Shown: positions 21,973-35,726, counted from the first letter of the stretch. The stretch: DNA of 64,000 bases from Sporopachydermia quercuum (GCA_001599295.1 BCGN01000006.1:496001-560000), one strand, 5' to 3'. The notes: generated by a model not told the origin, from the sequence alone. Translations and numbers: made by a program.

Positions 21973-23403
21973 CTATTCGCAAAGAAGGCCATTTCCCAAT
22001 GGCAAACTCGGTGCTGTTAATACCGATCTTTCATGCTTTGTTTCCATTTCAATACAAGTATCTTGAATCATTTTGTTCAAGTAAGCTTTCTTCGATCCAG
22101 GAGAGATGGACATCAGATACTCCTTAGCAGCTGCGATAATGAACTCTGCTGTTTCGTGTTTTGATACAGGTAATTCACTTGCAAGTAGCATTAAACCAGC
22201 AAGCATTGAAGACTCGGTTAACGACTCGTTTCTCAACATTCCGTCAATGTTTTTCAAATAAGGAACTAGTTTCTGAACTTCAGGTGAATCCACATCACCC
22301 GTTGTATAATCATGGCCTTTAGAGAATAATTCCTTTCCAATAACAAATAGAAGCCTTTGATTCCTGTTCAGTGCACCTTGACCGTTTTTCAACGTAAGAT
22401 TTATTGCATAATCACTTATCAAAAAAGTTTCTGACACTCTTTTAATACTTAAAGCACTGGACCATAAGTTCACAACAGACGATATGATCCTAGTTGCATC
22501 TTTATCAAAGGGTAATAGGTTCGTTAGTTGCATTTTCCATCTACCTAATAGTTCCGACAAAGCAAATGTTTTCCTTTCATTGTTGATATTGGCATGCTTA
22601 TTCAGTAGTAAAGTAGCTCTATACAATGCTCTCTCGGCGTTAGGAGAGATTTGATTAGTTTCAATAGCAGGAATCCAAATTGTATCAAAATTTTTGTAAA
22701 TCATTGATTTCGCTTGATCTTTAAGTCCAAGTTGAAAAAATTTATATGCTGTTAGAACAGAAAAATCTGTGGTATTAGTAGTGGACCAGTCACTAAGGGC
22801 CAGAAAAGCGCCCTCGGAACCAGGAGAGTTCATTTTTGATAAAATGGCATAAAGCGAAGATGCATCAAGTGTTCTATGGGATAGAATATGTTTAGCAACG
22901 TTAAACGACAACTTTCCACTATAGAAAAGAGTATCAAAACACTCAAGCACATCTTCTGCCGTTTCGCAGCTTTGTAGATACCGACCGATGTTCTTGTCAA
23001 TGTGCTTAATCGATGGTAAAGAGTTAGGACTCAACTTGCTTTCAGCTACTGAAATAAGTTCAGGCCCATAGACTGGTTTATTCCTTTTTGTTTTCTTTTC
23101 AAAAATTGGTGGTTTTGTCAGAACCTCCATACCTTCCATCACTGCTTTGTAATGAAGGTTTAGTAGAAGCTCATTGTAAGTATCGTACTCTTGTTTACCC
23201 TGAGTTATCTTGTTGGCAGTTTCATTTTCTACGCTGTTTTTTAAAGAGCTTTTCCTAGATAACTCAGAGGTTGTGTTGTTTAAACTATTGTATAGTTGCT
23301 TCAGGCGGCTTTGGTCTAATGCTGTAAACCCTGTAGACAAGTTCGCCGATTGGATCACAGGTAAGAGCCATTGCCATTGAAATGGCGCTCTGAGTAGCTT
23401 CAT
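21973..23403 (-). CDS. Uncharacterised ~476-aa protein, possibly mitochondrial
   Basis: Long clean ORF. The N-terminus from ATG 23403 (MKLLRAPFQWQWLLPVIQSANLST) lacks acidic residues, like a presequence. No family recognised. Confidence 0.7.
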   Translation of the reverse strand: MKLLRAPFQWQWLLPVIQSANLSTGFTALDQSRLKQLYNSLNNTTSELSRKSSLKNSVENETANKITQGKQEYDTYNELLLNLHYKAVMEGMEVLTKPPIFEKKTKRNKPVYGPELISVAESKLSPNSLPSIKHIDKNIGRYLQSCETAEDVLECFDTLFYSGKLSFNVAKHILSHRTLDASSLYAILSKMNSPGSEGAFLALSDWSTTNTTDFSVLTAYKFFQLGLKDQAKSMIYKNFDTIWIPAIETNQISPNAERALYRATLLLNKHANINNERKTFALSELLGRWKMQLTNLLPFDKDATRIISSVVNLWSSALSIKRVSETFLISDYAINLTLKNGQGALNRNQRLLFVIGKELFSKGHDYTTGDVDSPEVQKLVPYLKNIDGMLRNESLTESSMLAGLMLLASELPVSKHETAEFIIAAAKEYLMSISPGSKKAYLNKMIQDTCIEMETKHERSVLTAPSLPLGNGLLCE

Positions 23404-24222
23404 TGGTGTAATCACAATTACGCACTTGATCCTCACAAACTATACAATCAGGGATAATATGAGAAGAAAAAAACTGATTACTTCGAAATTATAAATTTGA
23501 ATATCCAGCTATATCGAGGATTATGTACGTACTGACCTTCATTCATGTTGATAAGAACGATATAGAATTTAGGAAAGAGAAATAGATGACAAAACGGAGA
23601 TTATAGGAATAGCTCCAACATCAGGTCATTCTTAGAAAGAACGAGGTGCATTATTTCCGACTTACATAACTAAGGTACCAAGTTTACAATGAAAGAGATG
23701 TCCTTCCAGTAAGAACATATTATACCCTGGACAAAAGAAAATCCAGCTATGTTATCTTGGTATGAAATATTATAGTCTGGTTTGAATAATAAAAGTCAAA
23801 GTGTTCAATGATAAACCGTTGGGAAATTGGTTGTTTAAAATAGCTGCTTATTGAATCTTGGACTAAAAAATTGATACGGAAATAATATCAAAATTATCTC
23901 CGTTATCTGAATCTGTGGACCAAATCAACATGGAGTAATATAAGCAGTTTATGTTCCCATGCTATGACTACTAGAATGTATTCATTATATTGTTTCAACG
24001 ATAAAACATTGTCTGCCCTGAGATGTATTTTAGAATTGCTTTTCGTTATGCTTAAGAAAAAGTAACTTACGATCGATCATATGATTCTACTGTAAATCAT
24101 AAACACCCTACACAGGTAAAAAAGTACATTGACTCCGTGATCATCAGATGTACCTACAGGNATTCATTAACACATATAGAATTCTAACTACACAGCATTA
24201 TAAATCTTTCACTATCTTATTG

Positions 24223-24320
24223 ATCTGTCTCAACCAGTAGGTCATCACCATTTCATGGGTCAGCCTGACTTGGTAAACCAACGGCGGCCTCCAACAGCGA
24301 TGGTTTTAAGGTTGAGTAAG
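24223..24320 (-). ncRNA. snR42: Box H/ACA snoRNA guide hairpin, snR42-like (predicted target equivalent to S. cerevisiae 25S Psi2975); full gene boundaries uncertain
   Basis: Minus strand: lower stem CTCAACC/GGTTGAG, 10-bp upper stem CATCGCTGTT/AATGGTGATG, pocket strands TAAAAC (24308-24303) and ACCT (24242-24239) complementary to the 25S flanks of AGGU-U-A-GUUUUA, and ACA (24228-24226) 14 nt after the upper stem. Confidence 0.8.
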
Positions 24321-24758
24321 AGATATTCCCATTAATCTGGGAAAAACGAAACGGAAAAAAAGAGTATCAAGCTCTCATTTATTTATAAATACACAGTTGA
24401 TCTATGTATTTGTCTCATTTTTCCTTGATTATAAAATTATCAATCAGTCATTCATATTTATTACTGACAAACAGAAAGAAGAAAGGACTTCATTGAAAGA
24501 AATTTTTCACATGGTAAGTTGATTGACAAATTCATATAATTCCAATAGACCATCCTTAATGAGACGGAGATAATATTTATGATTATACTGTATGGATTAT
24601 GTTACAAAAATGGCGAAACAGAATAACAATTTGACATAAATAGAAGGTTGAATAGTCCTCAGAGTCATACAATGTCATATCTTCAGAAGTAGAAAAGAAC
24701 CAACGAAATGTAAGTTTGTTGAGAGAATAGTACCAATGCGAGAAATAGAATATGAAAT

Positions 24759-24820
24759 AAGGTGTGTCAAAAGGGGTGTGTAAAAGGGGTGTGTAAAAAG
24801 GGATGTGTAAAAAGGTGAAA
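24759..24820. repeat. Imperfect 13-14-bp tandem repeat (AAAAGGGGTGTGT, about 4.5 copies)
   Basis: Direct reading: ggtgtgtc aaaaggggtgtgt aaaaggggtgtgt aaaaagggatgtgt aaaaaggtg. Confidence 0.85.
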
Positions 24821-25213
24821 ATGTCTTTTGGGTGCAAGCTTCTTTGTTTGGAAGGAGAGAAGAATTAGATATGATAAGAAGGCTGCGAAAGACGAACAGA
24901 AGGCAATCAAACGTGGTCTATAGATCTACGTATATTATCATACATATGATCGTACAGTAGGCTTTTCGAATCACAGAGTTAGTACCTTTGTTTATGTCTT
25001 TGTCTTTTTGGTAGATAGATTGCGATTCTTTTGAGTTGTAAAATGTGGAATTAGGGTCAAAAGCGCTTAGCTGATAACCATCAGGGTTTTTGTTGGTATT
25101 AATTTTTTACCCTAGTTTTATTCTACATGCACATATTACTTATTACATAACTAATCATTACTTATATTGTATTATAGAAGTCTATGTATATAAATACAGC
25201 TCACTCACTACAT

Positions 25214-26263
25214 CTAGTAGGAAGTATCGACAACAATTCTACCGAGAATTTCACCCTTCTTCATCTTATCGTAGACATCAGCGAGGGTTGATAAACCAGC
25301 AACCTTGAAAGGAGATGAGACTAAACCTCTAGCAAAGAAATCAATGGCTTCGGCAGAGTCAGCTCTGTTACCCACATAAGAACCTCTAATGGAAACAGAC
25401 TTGACGACAGCGGAGAAGACTTCAGCCTTGCAAACAGCACCAGCGGGTAAGCCGACTAAAACGACGGTACCAGTGGCTCTGACGTATTCGACGGAAGTAG
25501 AGATAGCCTTGTCAGAAACAGAGACATTGATGACACCATGGGGACCACCGTTAGTAGCCTCGATAACATCCTTGACCAAATCTTGAGAAGTGGTGAAATC
25601 AATGTACTTTTCAGCACCTAATTCAAGACAGAGCTTACCCTTTTCAGCACCACCGTCGATGGCAAGAACTCTGTAACCCATAGCCTTACCGTATTGGATA
25701 GCAAGAGTTCCTAAACCACCACCAGCACCAGAGACACAGACCCATTGGCCAGCTTGGAGTTCAGCGGTCTTCAAAGCCTTGTAAACAGTAATACCAGCAC
25801 ATAGGATAGGGGCAACTGCGTCCAAGGCAACGTTCTTGGGAATTCTAGCGGCGTGAACAGCATTGGCTGTAGCGTACTGTTGGAAAGAACCATCGTGTGT
25901 GTAACCTGATAACACAGCGGCGGCGCAGTTAGGCTCATTACCATTTTGACAGAACTCACAGTTCAAACAAGATGCATTCAACCACTTGATACCAGCATAG
26001 TCTCCAATTTCCCACCCCTTGACGTTCTCTCCAAGAGCAACAACGACACCGGCACCTTCGTGCCCGCCAACCAAAGGTAACTTGGTGGCAAGAGGCCAAT
26101 CACCTTGCCAAGCATGGAGATCGGTGTGACACACGCCAGAGTACTTAACGTTGATGAGAATTTCATCAGCGGCAGGGGTAGGAACTGGGATATCAGTGTA
26201 CTTGAGAGGTCCACCGTTTTCGTAGAAAACGACAGCCTTTTGGGTCTTGGGAATTTCAACCAT
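25214..26263 (-). CDS. ADH1: Zn-dependent alcohol dehydrogenase (cytosolic Adh1/Adh2 type, 349 aa)
   Basis: [14 protein letters not shown], structural Zn CLNCEFC..EPNC, APILCAG, GAGGGLG, NAD-type AIDGG. No presequence; strongly biased codon usage. Paralog number is not certain. Confidence 0.93.
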   Translation of the reverse strand: MVEIPKTQKAVVFYENGGPLKYTDIPVPTPAADEILINVKYSGVCHTDLHAWQGDWPLATKLPLVGGHEGAGVVVALGENVKGWEIGDYAGIKWLNASCLNCEFCQNGNEPNCAAAVLSGYTHDGSFQQYATANAVHAARIPKNVALDAVAPILCAGITVYKALKTAELQAGQWVCVSGAGGGLGTLAIQYGKAMGYRVLAIDGGAEKGKLCLELGAEKYIDFTTSQDLVKDVIEATNGGPHGVINVSVSDKAISTSVEYVRATGTVVLVGLPAGAVCKAEVFSAVVKSVSIRGSYVGNRADSAEAIDFFARGLVSSPFKVAGLSTLADVYDKMKKGEILGRIVVDTSY

Positions 26264-29200
26264 TTTTGTATTTTATTTAATTATTGTATTGAGGTTTAGC
26301 AATTAATTGATAATATAAAGATCAACTACTTGATTACTATATTATTTAATCTGCATGAGGGAAAATAAATATAAGAAAGGAAATAACTGTGAAAAGGAGA
26401 GAAGGAAAGACACTGATTTATATAAAAGGAAATATAAAGAAGCTTTATATATGTGTGGTGGATGATTCTATGTTATTCAATTGACACGAAGCGAACCAAC
26501 TCCTAATTCAGTACGATAGGGACGAGACGACCATTTTTCGTTCTTTCAGGAGAGAACAGATGTCAGAAAGAGAGGCATGATGGACGGATAAATGTAAGAT
26601 ATAGACGTAAGACTATGAGTGATGGAGAAGAAAACACTTCACAATCATTGTCTTGATTAAGTTTAATGGCTGTCATACTAACTGTAACAACGTTAAAGTA
26701 GTGATTGTTTATAATGATATATTAGATAAACAAGAACAGGGCTATTTGAATATGAAGCATTGATTGTGAAGCGGGAAGTAATATGAAGAAAAGAATCTAG
26801 TAGATTCTGATTTTCGATTGATCATAGATGTGTTGACAGACTACAGTCTCAATAAGATTCCTACGTTTAGTCCATTTTGTTGGATGATTAAATTGTGAAT
26901 GGATGATAAATGAAGTAAGAAAAGGAATTGAGTTTGATAGTGAATGAGGTAAAGTTGAAATATACGTAAAAAATAAGAACAAGCTGAAGGAAGCAACATG
27001 ATTTATTTAAACTTTAAATTAAAGTTGCTCATGTTTACAAGTAAACGTTCCGTACGTTTATTGATAAGTGAGTCCCAGTTGAAAAAACTTGGTACTGAAA
27101 ATCTATAGAACAAGACTAAGAGAAAAGAGACGAAGGATCAAATAGACTGTTATAGTACAATAAAAGCAAAACGGTTGGAAAATGAAGAAGATAATGGTCT
27201 TTTACAAAGGCATAGTTTACTGTGATATTGATTCTATGATTATGATACTGAATATGGAAACCTAGTTCATCTGCAAGCAGAATGAAAATCGAGCCTCACT
27301 ATAAATGGTACACGAAAAGTTTCAAGATTGATGATTAATGGTGATGAGTTCAAAATAAAACAATTGATTAAATGGACGAAATTGTCATGAAGATTATTCA
27401 ATCTTGAGAGGAAACTCTTTTACTTTATGCCGTAATTGGCCACTACATTGAAACTATCCCTCTCATCCCCGTTTTAATGCTTAAATTTTGAACACGAGGA
27501 TGTGAACTGGTTCGTTGATTAAGCGCCAGTACATTGCAAGCAATAAAAACATTCAGATCAGATTTTGTACATCTTAATTTGTTGTATGCAGCAAGTTAAG
27601 ATGCATTTATTCATTCAAGAATATTCCCACTAGTAGTCCTAGAAATCCTTGCTCGGCAATCAACACTGCTATTATTTCTTACCACATATATTACATACAG
27701 CTCCTCAATTATGAATGTAGTAGACTGCCNATTGGCCGGATAATTGTAAACTGTCTGTTTCACAACCATGAAATCAATGATGATCCAAGAGTCAGTCTTG
27801 TATAAAATGATTCTACCATACTGATAGTTTCCTTGACCATACTTCAAATATAAAAAAGTATCATCACTTCGAATTAATGCAGTATCTGTACAGTTTTTTA
27901 ATATTTAGGTTGCTACTTAATAAATAAACTCTCTCTTCTTCTTTAACGTATTTCCTATTGATATTGAACTTGCCATCTCCTGATAGAGAGCACAATTACT
28001 GTTAATTCTGTTTCTTTAGAATGAAAAGTATCCAAGCTGGTGCTCTCATACACGAAATATCAATAACATGAATCAAAATCATAATCTGGATTGCTTCTCC
28101 TCTCTGAAACTATATGGATTTTCTCAATTCTTTACACTTCTATTCAATTTTCAATTTGTGAATTCGCCTCTTATAGTAAGTAAGCTACAGTTTCAGTCAA
28201 TCAAAGTTTCAATTAATAGTGCATACGGAAGAGGATCTGATTTCTATTTCTCACTTTATGATTATTGCATTTCATTCATTATATGAAAGACGAGAGCTCT
28301 ATCCTATTAGTAGAAGTATTATTGAAAAGCTTTACCTATTACTAAGTACACCGACAAGTCATCAAACAAAATCGGTGAGATTTGAGCGAAAACTCTTCCG
28401 GGGAATGAATCTGACATTGTTCATGCGATTGAGTATATTTGGACAATGATGAGACTTACCTATTGTTCACCTAATCTAATGATGGTCAACTAATACCAAG
28501 TAAATCAACTCATTTAAACCAACCAGTTTGAACTTTGAAAACAAATANTAACACATATGACAATTTTGATTGATCTCTAATAATAAATTCATTGATATTT
28601 GAAGCCACTATCTCTTTATCCTTTCCTTTCCTCCTTCGTATTCCATCATTTATTCCTCATTTCAAACTCAATTGAATTTCACATAACAGTTCGTTTAATA
28701 CGTTTTATATGGAGTATAAATAAAATGGCTTAGTTAATTACATAATCATTTTATGTTTCATACTAATAAAGTTAAAATTCATACTAGTGCGTCTCCTCAC
28801 TGTTGAAAGCTTTATCCCGGAATTGAATACTTCCTTACCACCTACTCCCTTTCCCNCAACTTTTTTCGATGTCAGTTCTATTATAGGTAAGACTATCATG
28901 GAGAGAATCACATAAATCATATTCAGCAGGAACTAAAGAGGGGTTGGATTTGTATACTGAATGAGTTCTAAGATCTGGTGGAATTCACTGTTTGAAAAGA
29001 ATAAATTAAGGTATGGACCCTTTTATGCAAGCCAACAAACAGCTGTCAAGTATTGGAGGTATCGGTTATCCATCTGAAGCAGAAAAAGCCACTTGATAAA
29101 CACCCTGGGTCTCCAAAAATTTACCAAATAGAAAAACTTATTTTCTATTCATTTTCATTAATTAACTAATTTGTTTTTGTCTAAGTAGTAACATGTCATA

Positions 29201-30924
29201 CCTAACGGTTCATTCCAACGGTTGAATACCTCAACGAGTAAGATTTGAGTTTACGTTGAAAACCTAAGTTCTTCCTCCTTAAAGCAAAATATATAGGGAA
29301 GCGATTATCCTCTTCAACCTTTCGATTGACCCTGCGTTTGGAGATAAGGAAGTTATGTTTTTGCATCGTGACTGTTTTGAAAATGGATAAGCTGGCAGTT
29401 AAATTCTTATAAAGTCAGTAATTACTGAAACCGTAAACTCTGTGTTGAATCATCTTTGCTTTGATCAATCAGAGATTTGATACATGGATGTATTATGAAT
29501 CATGCTGATATATAGTAATCCCCCTTTATTTATTTAATATTTCATCCCTTTTTTCTAAACAATACATTTTCAGACCTTCCTTCGTTCATTGATACAATCT
29601 TCTCCTTAGACTCAAATCCAACGGTTCAGATTAATTCAAACCAAAACCATCAGTTACTCACTTAGCAAAATACGGAAGAATTATAACGTTTACCATAATA
29701 ATTTTACAATCCCAGATAGATCTATACCTATTTATAGGCAGATGCCTTTATACGTTTTAAAATTCGTCTCCTTCGTCTCCTTCGGCTGATCCGATGACCC
29801 CGGATTTCTGATGCTCTTCGTTTGATTAAGCTTTAAGCTTTGCGCTTAAAGTNAACTTTGTCTCGAACTTTATGCAGGAAAATGTACGGTGCCAGCTCCG
29901 CTTCGATCATCCGAAGAGAAACTATCCGAGTTTTAGTATTGAAGGTAAATACTGTTGAGGATCGGAGGAATTAGTAGTGTTTATTGAACCTTGACACTAA
30001 GGTGGACCAAGTACAACTACTGTGATTAGCTTGAAGGTTGTTCTTACAAGGTTTTTACGAGTAATAAAAATTCAAGAGAAGAAGATAAGTGCTCTGTGGT
30101 ATGACGGGACCAGGTATGATTGATATATATGATAAGTTGTATATCATGAAAAGAAGTTGAGGTATAGGAGTGAGATCAGACTTGCTAGCTCAAAAAAANG
30201 AAGGTGGAAACAATAGCTAAAGTCTTTGGTTGAGAAGAGCTATATATATCCGTTAATAAGAGCTTCGATACTTTATCAAACGTATTTCAATCAGTTGTTA
30301 CGATGAAATCATTTGATTCATATTATTAAGATGCTCACCCTGAACAGACTGTAAGTATCAACATAGTTATCAAACTTATGTTGTATGTCTAGCTAATGGA
30401 TAGCAATATTGAATCTATTATGCCATAAGCTCTCGCTCCATTTATACTAGGTTGTTCCAACCAATGAAATGTAATTGGCNNNGCCAATTACATTTCACCC
30501 TATCTATCTTACAAGCCAATAGCTTGTTGCGGGGAGAGCTAAATTAACGGAGTTAAATAGTTAAACGAATAAATTATTCACATACAAATCATCTCTATTA
30601 GAAATATCCTTTATCTGCATGAAAATTTAAAATATGATGTAAGTCTTGCTAATTTAAATGCATACTTTATGCATCATACCGGAATATTCTATGGTTGTAT
30701 AGATACTAATTATATTACAGCCGAAATAGAGTACAATGGATCAATTGTAAGGGGATAAATTCAATTAATATCACTGGTTTATTCAAATTTTATTTCAGCT
30801 TATTCTCTAGTTCTGAAAGGTATAAATTGAAACTGAAATCTTCTTTGCTACTGTTGATGATGTACTTGTTGTACTGTCAAATAAGCGATGATCTATCCTT
30901 AGAGAAGTAACCAACAAAACGTAA

Positions 30925-31953
<1,029 letters not shown>

Positions 31954-32683
31954 ATGTTTCGAGAAGGAAGAGTAGGCACTGAATTGATTCTCGCAAAACT
32001 ACCATATTGCTGGTCAATAGCTGCAAAAGATATCTAGTTTAGTTTTGTTGATTATTTCCAACTTTTGTTTATATGACTGAATATTTTATTAATAGTAAGA
32101 AGGAAAGATCCTCCTCTGTAGGTAACTTCATTGAGGACCTGAACTGGTAGGTAATAGAATATNCTTGTACATACAAATGATGCATAAAGTGCATGCTAGT
32201 ACAGGATTCTGATCCTCTGACTTCTTTTCACAAAACTGCTACATGGCATAAGATAAGTATTCATCCAGCTGATTTTTTTGTTTTTTCCTTTGAAGTCCAA
32301 TTCTGCTACACCATTTTATTCTAACTTTAATTCCGAATCATTATTTGTATCTCTTTCTTGTAGAGGAAAATAAGATAGTTCTGAGTCAATCAACTCATCA
32401 TTCATTCATTATTCTTGTAGTCTTAAAACAGATACAACAACCTATGATTCATGTCCACAGTTCCTTTTGTCCTTAAACGCTTTCAGAAATCTTCTTTGGA
32501 CAGTCTTCTGGACACTTTTCAGCGTCAAAGGATTTTTAAGTCTATCAACAGGTATTATTGGATCGTATCATGAGGAATCTAGCTATTATATTTTTCTCAT
32601 GATTATGCTGGATACCGAAGCAAAAACGTTTGTTTGCCCTTTCTAAGACATATCTACAACCTTTCATATTTACTTGTCACAAT

Positions 32684-33367
32684 ATGGAAGCTCGAGTTAG
32701 TAGGAAAGACCTGTTTGACGAACCAGAAAACACTGAGATATTTGATCCTCCGCTGTTACCATTTGAACTGGAGATTGAGGAGATATCTGTTGATCAAACA
32801 AAGGACAAAACACTGCAGAATGGATATGGAAATTTAACTAGTGGACAACGAGGAGATCAGGAGCAAAAACGAGAGGAAGAAGAAGAGGAGTATGTGTTTA
32901 ATCTTTTCTCATCTTCAACTCAAGCAAAAGTATCATTAAGATCTCCTTCTCCCGAGCCATATAACCCCCCTTCACGACCTGACAGTTACTATTTTCACAA
33001 TTTAGCAGAAGCAGAAAAGCTCAATATAAACAAAAGCGCCATTAGTGGTGACCAGATAGTACAACAAAGCAAATCTGCATGGCCTGGGATGGTTAAACCT
33101 TGGAAAGTCATACATCTTAATGAGTACAACGCAAAGACAGAGAAAGAAAATAGAAAGCGAAGACCAGGTAAGAAAAATAGGCTGCGGAGAGCCGAAATAT
33201 TGGCAAAGAAGAAGGAACAGAAAAAGAAAGAGTTGAAAGCGAGAAAACACTTTGGTTTCAATAAGAGGAATTTTTTGGGGGGTAAAATTGCTAATGGTAG
33301 TAGTAAACAAACTATCAAGAGACAGAAAACAGTTGAGAGCCAAAAACCAAAATACAGAACAGAATAA
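32684..33367 (+). CDS. Fungal DUF2011-type protein (~227 aa, basic C-terminus, possibly nucleolar)
   Basis: VSRKDLFD, EEEYVFNLFS, VSLRSPSPEP, RPDSYYF, SAISGDQI, WPG..KPWKVI, RRPGKKNR and terminal KPKYRTE match my recollection of the family. Confidence 0.7.
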   Translation: MEARVSRKDLFDEPENTEIFDPPLLPFELEIEEISVDQTKDKTLQNGYGNLTSGQRGDQEQKREEEEEEYVFNLFSSSTQAKVSLRSPSPEPYNPPSRPDSYYFHNLAEAEKLNINKSAISGDQIVQQSKSAWPGMVKPWKVIHLNEYNAKTEKENRKRRPGKKNRLRRAEILAKKKEQKKKELKARKHFGFNKRNFLGGKIANGSSKQTIKRQKTVESQKPKYRTE

Positions 33368-33667
33368 TGTAAGGGAATGTGGAGAGACGTATCTCGAGAA
33401 TGTTTATGAATGTAATATTATGATGGATTATGACCAATTTACAGTATTAGTTTACTGTAGATGTCATAAAGAATGACGTGATGTATAATGCAACACTTTG
33501 TAGCGAAGATAGTTAGGTTGCATGATCAGCTATGAACAAACTTATAGGTTGATATTAACATAAGGAATGGCAACTGGACACACAAATTTCTCCTACATTA
33601 GCACTAGCTGAAAACATGAGACATGTGCTCTAATTCACCACGACATATTATACAATCTATTTATCAA

Positions 33668-34831
33668 TTACTTATCTGTTCCAAGAGTTATAGCTGCATT
33701 GAGCAGCATTCTGACTTCCACACCATCTTCCGTAATACCAGATCCACCAGCATCAATAACAGCTTTCACCATGGCCTCTCTAATACTTTCCGATCCACTC
33801 TTCAATGATTTCGCTCCAGATCCACCTCTTATCAAAGTATCACGTAATCTTTTCTCCATCCCAGTAGCAATATCCTTCCAGAACGCACTGATCAACGACC
33901 GTATCTCAAGTTTCTTTTGAACAAACTCCAGCAATGTGAGAAACCTTCTATTCATCATTGATGGTATACCTAAACCCTCAATAGAACATGATTCTAATAA
34001 AGAAGAGAACTTCACAACTAAGGAAGCTCTCCCGCTTATATCTGACATTGATGATGCCAAATATCGGGCTGATGATAATGATCTGTTTATAAGCGCTAAT
34101 GAGTTCTGAACCTGTGTTTCCATGAAAGCTTTCACTGATTGGAGTAATCGTTCCGGTGATAAGAGAAATAATGTATAGAATGCTTGTGATGCAATATTTG
34201 ATGATAGTGATGAAGGTTGCTTCATTGATGGTAGAAAATAATTTCTTATTATCGCTTGAGCAGAATCAATTAATGCNTTGGTCTTTCCATCTTTATGGGT
34301 CTTGTATAACCGTACTAAGTATACTGACTGTAAAGAAGGAGTATCATCCAAATGCTGATTCAAAGTTTTCACACATTTGGCACCTTTCAGTATTGTTTCA
34401 GGAGTAGATGAGAAAGTTTCAATCTCCTGCACTAAATGCAAAAACCAGATAACATCACGAACTAGTATCGATGTTGAGTGAAGCTTTTTCAGTGTCTCAT
34501 AAGAATCGACAGCTTGGGAGTACGGTTGCAATAATTCGTTGTCCAGCCTGTTGAAAGTAATGTTTACATGCTGAATTGAAGGATTCAATGATTCTAAAGC
34601 AGATCTTGATTCTTCTAGTTTCGTTGCTTCCGATAGCAGTTCTTCATAATTCTCCAATGATATTGTTTCCATACGCTTAGATATATCTTTGAGATCAAAT
34701 CCTATTCTTTTACTACTTGAGCTGAAGTCAAGTTCTGTATCATTGGGATTGTTTGTAGCTACCAAAATCGCGTTAGCAAACGCTATTGAAGAGAACGAGT
34801 CCTCCAGAAAGTTGCTGAACTCTTCATCCAT
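33668..34831 (-). CDS. COG5: Conserved oligomeric Golgi complex subunit 5 (387 aa)
   Basis: FLEDSFSSIAFANAILVATNNPNDTELD, RLDNELLQPY, LKKLHSTSILVR, C-terminal FWKDIA...RGGSGAKSL. Confidence 0.88.
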   Translation of the reverse strand: MDEEFSNFLEDSFSSIAFANAILVATNNPNDTELDFSSSSKRIGFDLKDISKRMETISLENYEELLSEATKLEESRSALESLNPSIQHVNITFNRLDNELLQPYSQAVDSYETLKKLHSTSILVRDVIWFLHLVQEIETFSSTPETILKGAKCVKTLNQHLDDTPSLQSVYLVRLYKTHKDGKTXALIDSAQAIIRNYFLPSMKQPSSLSSNIASQAFYTLFLLSPERLLQSVKAFMETQVQNSLALINRSLSSARYLASSMSDISGRASLVVKFSSLLESCSIEGLGIPSMMNRRFLTLLEFVQKKLEIRSLISAFWKDIATGMEKRLRDTLIRGGSGAKSLKSGSESIREAMVKAVIDAGGSGITEDGVEVRMLLNAAITLGTDK

Positions 34832-35172
34832 CGTCTTATATAACTTAGTATTGCAATGTAAGATCGATGTTGGTGGTTGTCGTGGTCAATTCAAACCTCC
34901 CATAACAAACGACAGATTGTTACTTTAAGTGATAGATAGATAATCCTCAGAGTATGATCAGTTTCCAAAATCATTCAATTGATAAAACTATTGCTTTACT
35001 CTCAAGTAATTTATATTAATGGCCTTCGCAGTTCCTTCATTCATCAGATAATAAGTAGTTACTACAATTGCAGTATGATTCAAGTATCTATCACCACCTT
35101 ACTTCTGATAGAAAGCCAAGCACACAACACACCTTCATCTTCTTAATAACATCATCAATATTTATATTCACA

Positions 35173-35227
35173 TCACGTCTCATTCTACATATATAATCAC
35201 GTAATCAATGACTTTGAAAATCGTGAC
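35173..35227. promoter_or_regulatory. Cluster of imperfect Cbf1-like sites in the COG5/MET17 divergent promoter
   Basis: TCACGTC (35173), TCACGTA (35197) and TCGTGAC (35221) within 55 bp; none is a perfect CACGTG. Confidence 0.3.
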
Positions 35228-35726
35228 ATGGCGACATTATTTGATTCTTTTTTCTTAGTCCTTATTCCCTTTTTGTTAGCCCTTATTTCCTTTTTAGGAT
35301 GATATTTGTATTACACCGGAGACTCATCAACTGGATGAACCATAAATTTGAAGAGCATCAACGGTGGAGAAATTCGATTATTTCAATATGAAAACTAAAG
35401 AATATTAATGATAATTATAAAAAATATATTAAATATCTTGCATTCAAATTCAGTTACTGTGTAGTGTTCAAAATTGAGTGATGTAGTTGTATTTCTAATG
35501 AAACTGGGGAANAAGCAAATTGAAAGTTAATCCTTTATGAAGTAATCTTATGATCACGGGATAAGTTGAGGAAATGATGAACTTTCCTTCAAATGAACCA
35601 ACGATGAGTTGGCTGCCCTAAACTGGTTTTTATTCTCTTACTGGAAAGAAAACGGGGCATTATCTCTTTCTCAACTCTTTCATATATCCAACGAAATAAT
35701 CAATTGCACAATAGAAAATAAATTGA

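Noticed and set aside
28460..28469. Match to 25S ATTGTTCACC suggesting an snR52-like guide on the minus strand
   Set aside because: No correctly spaced D or D' box; likely chance.
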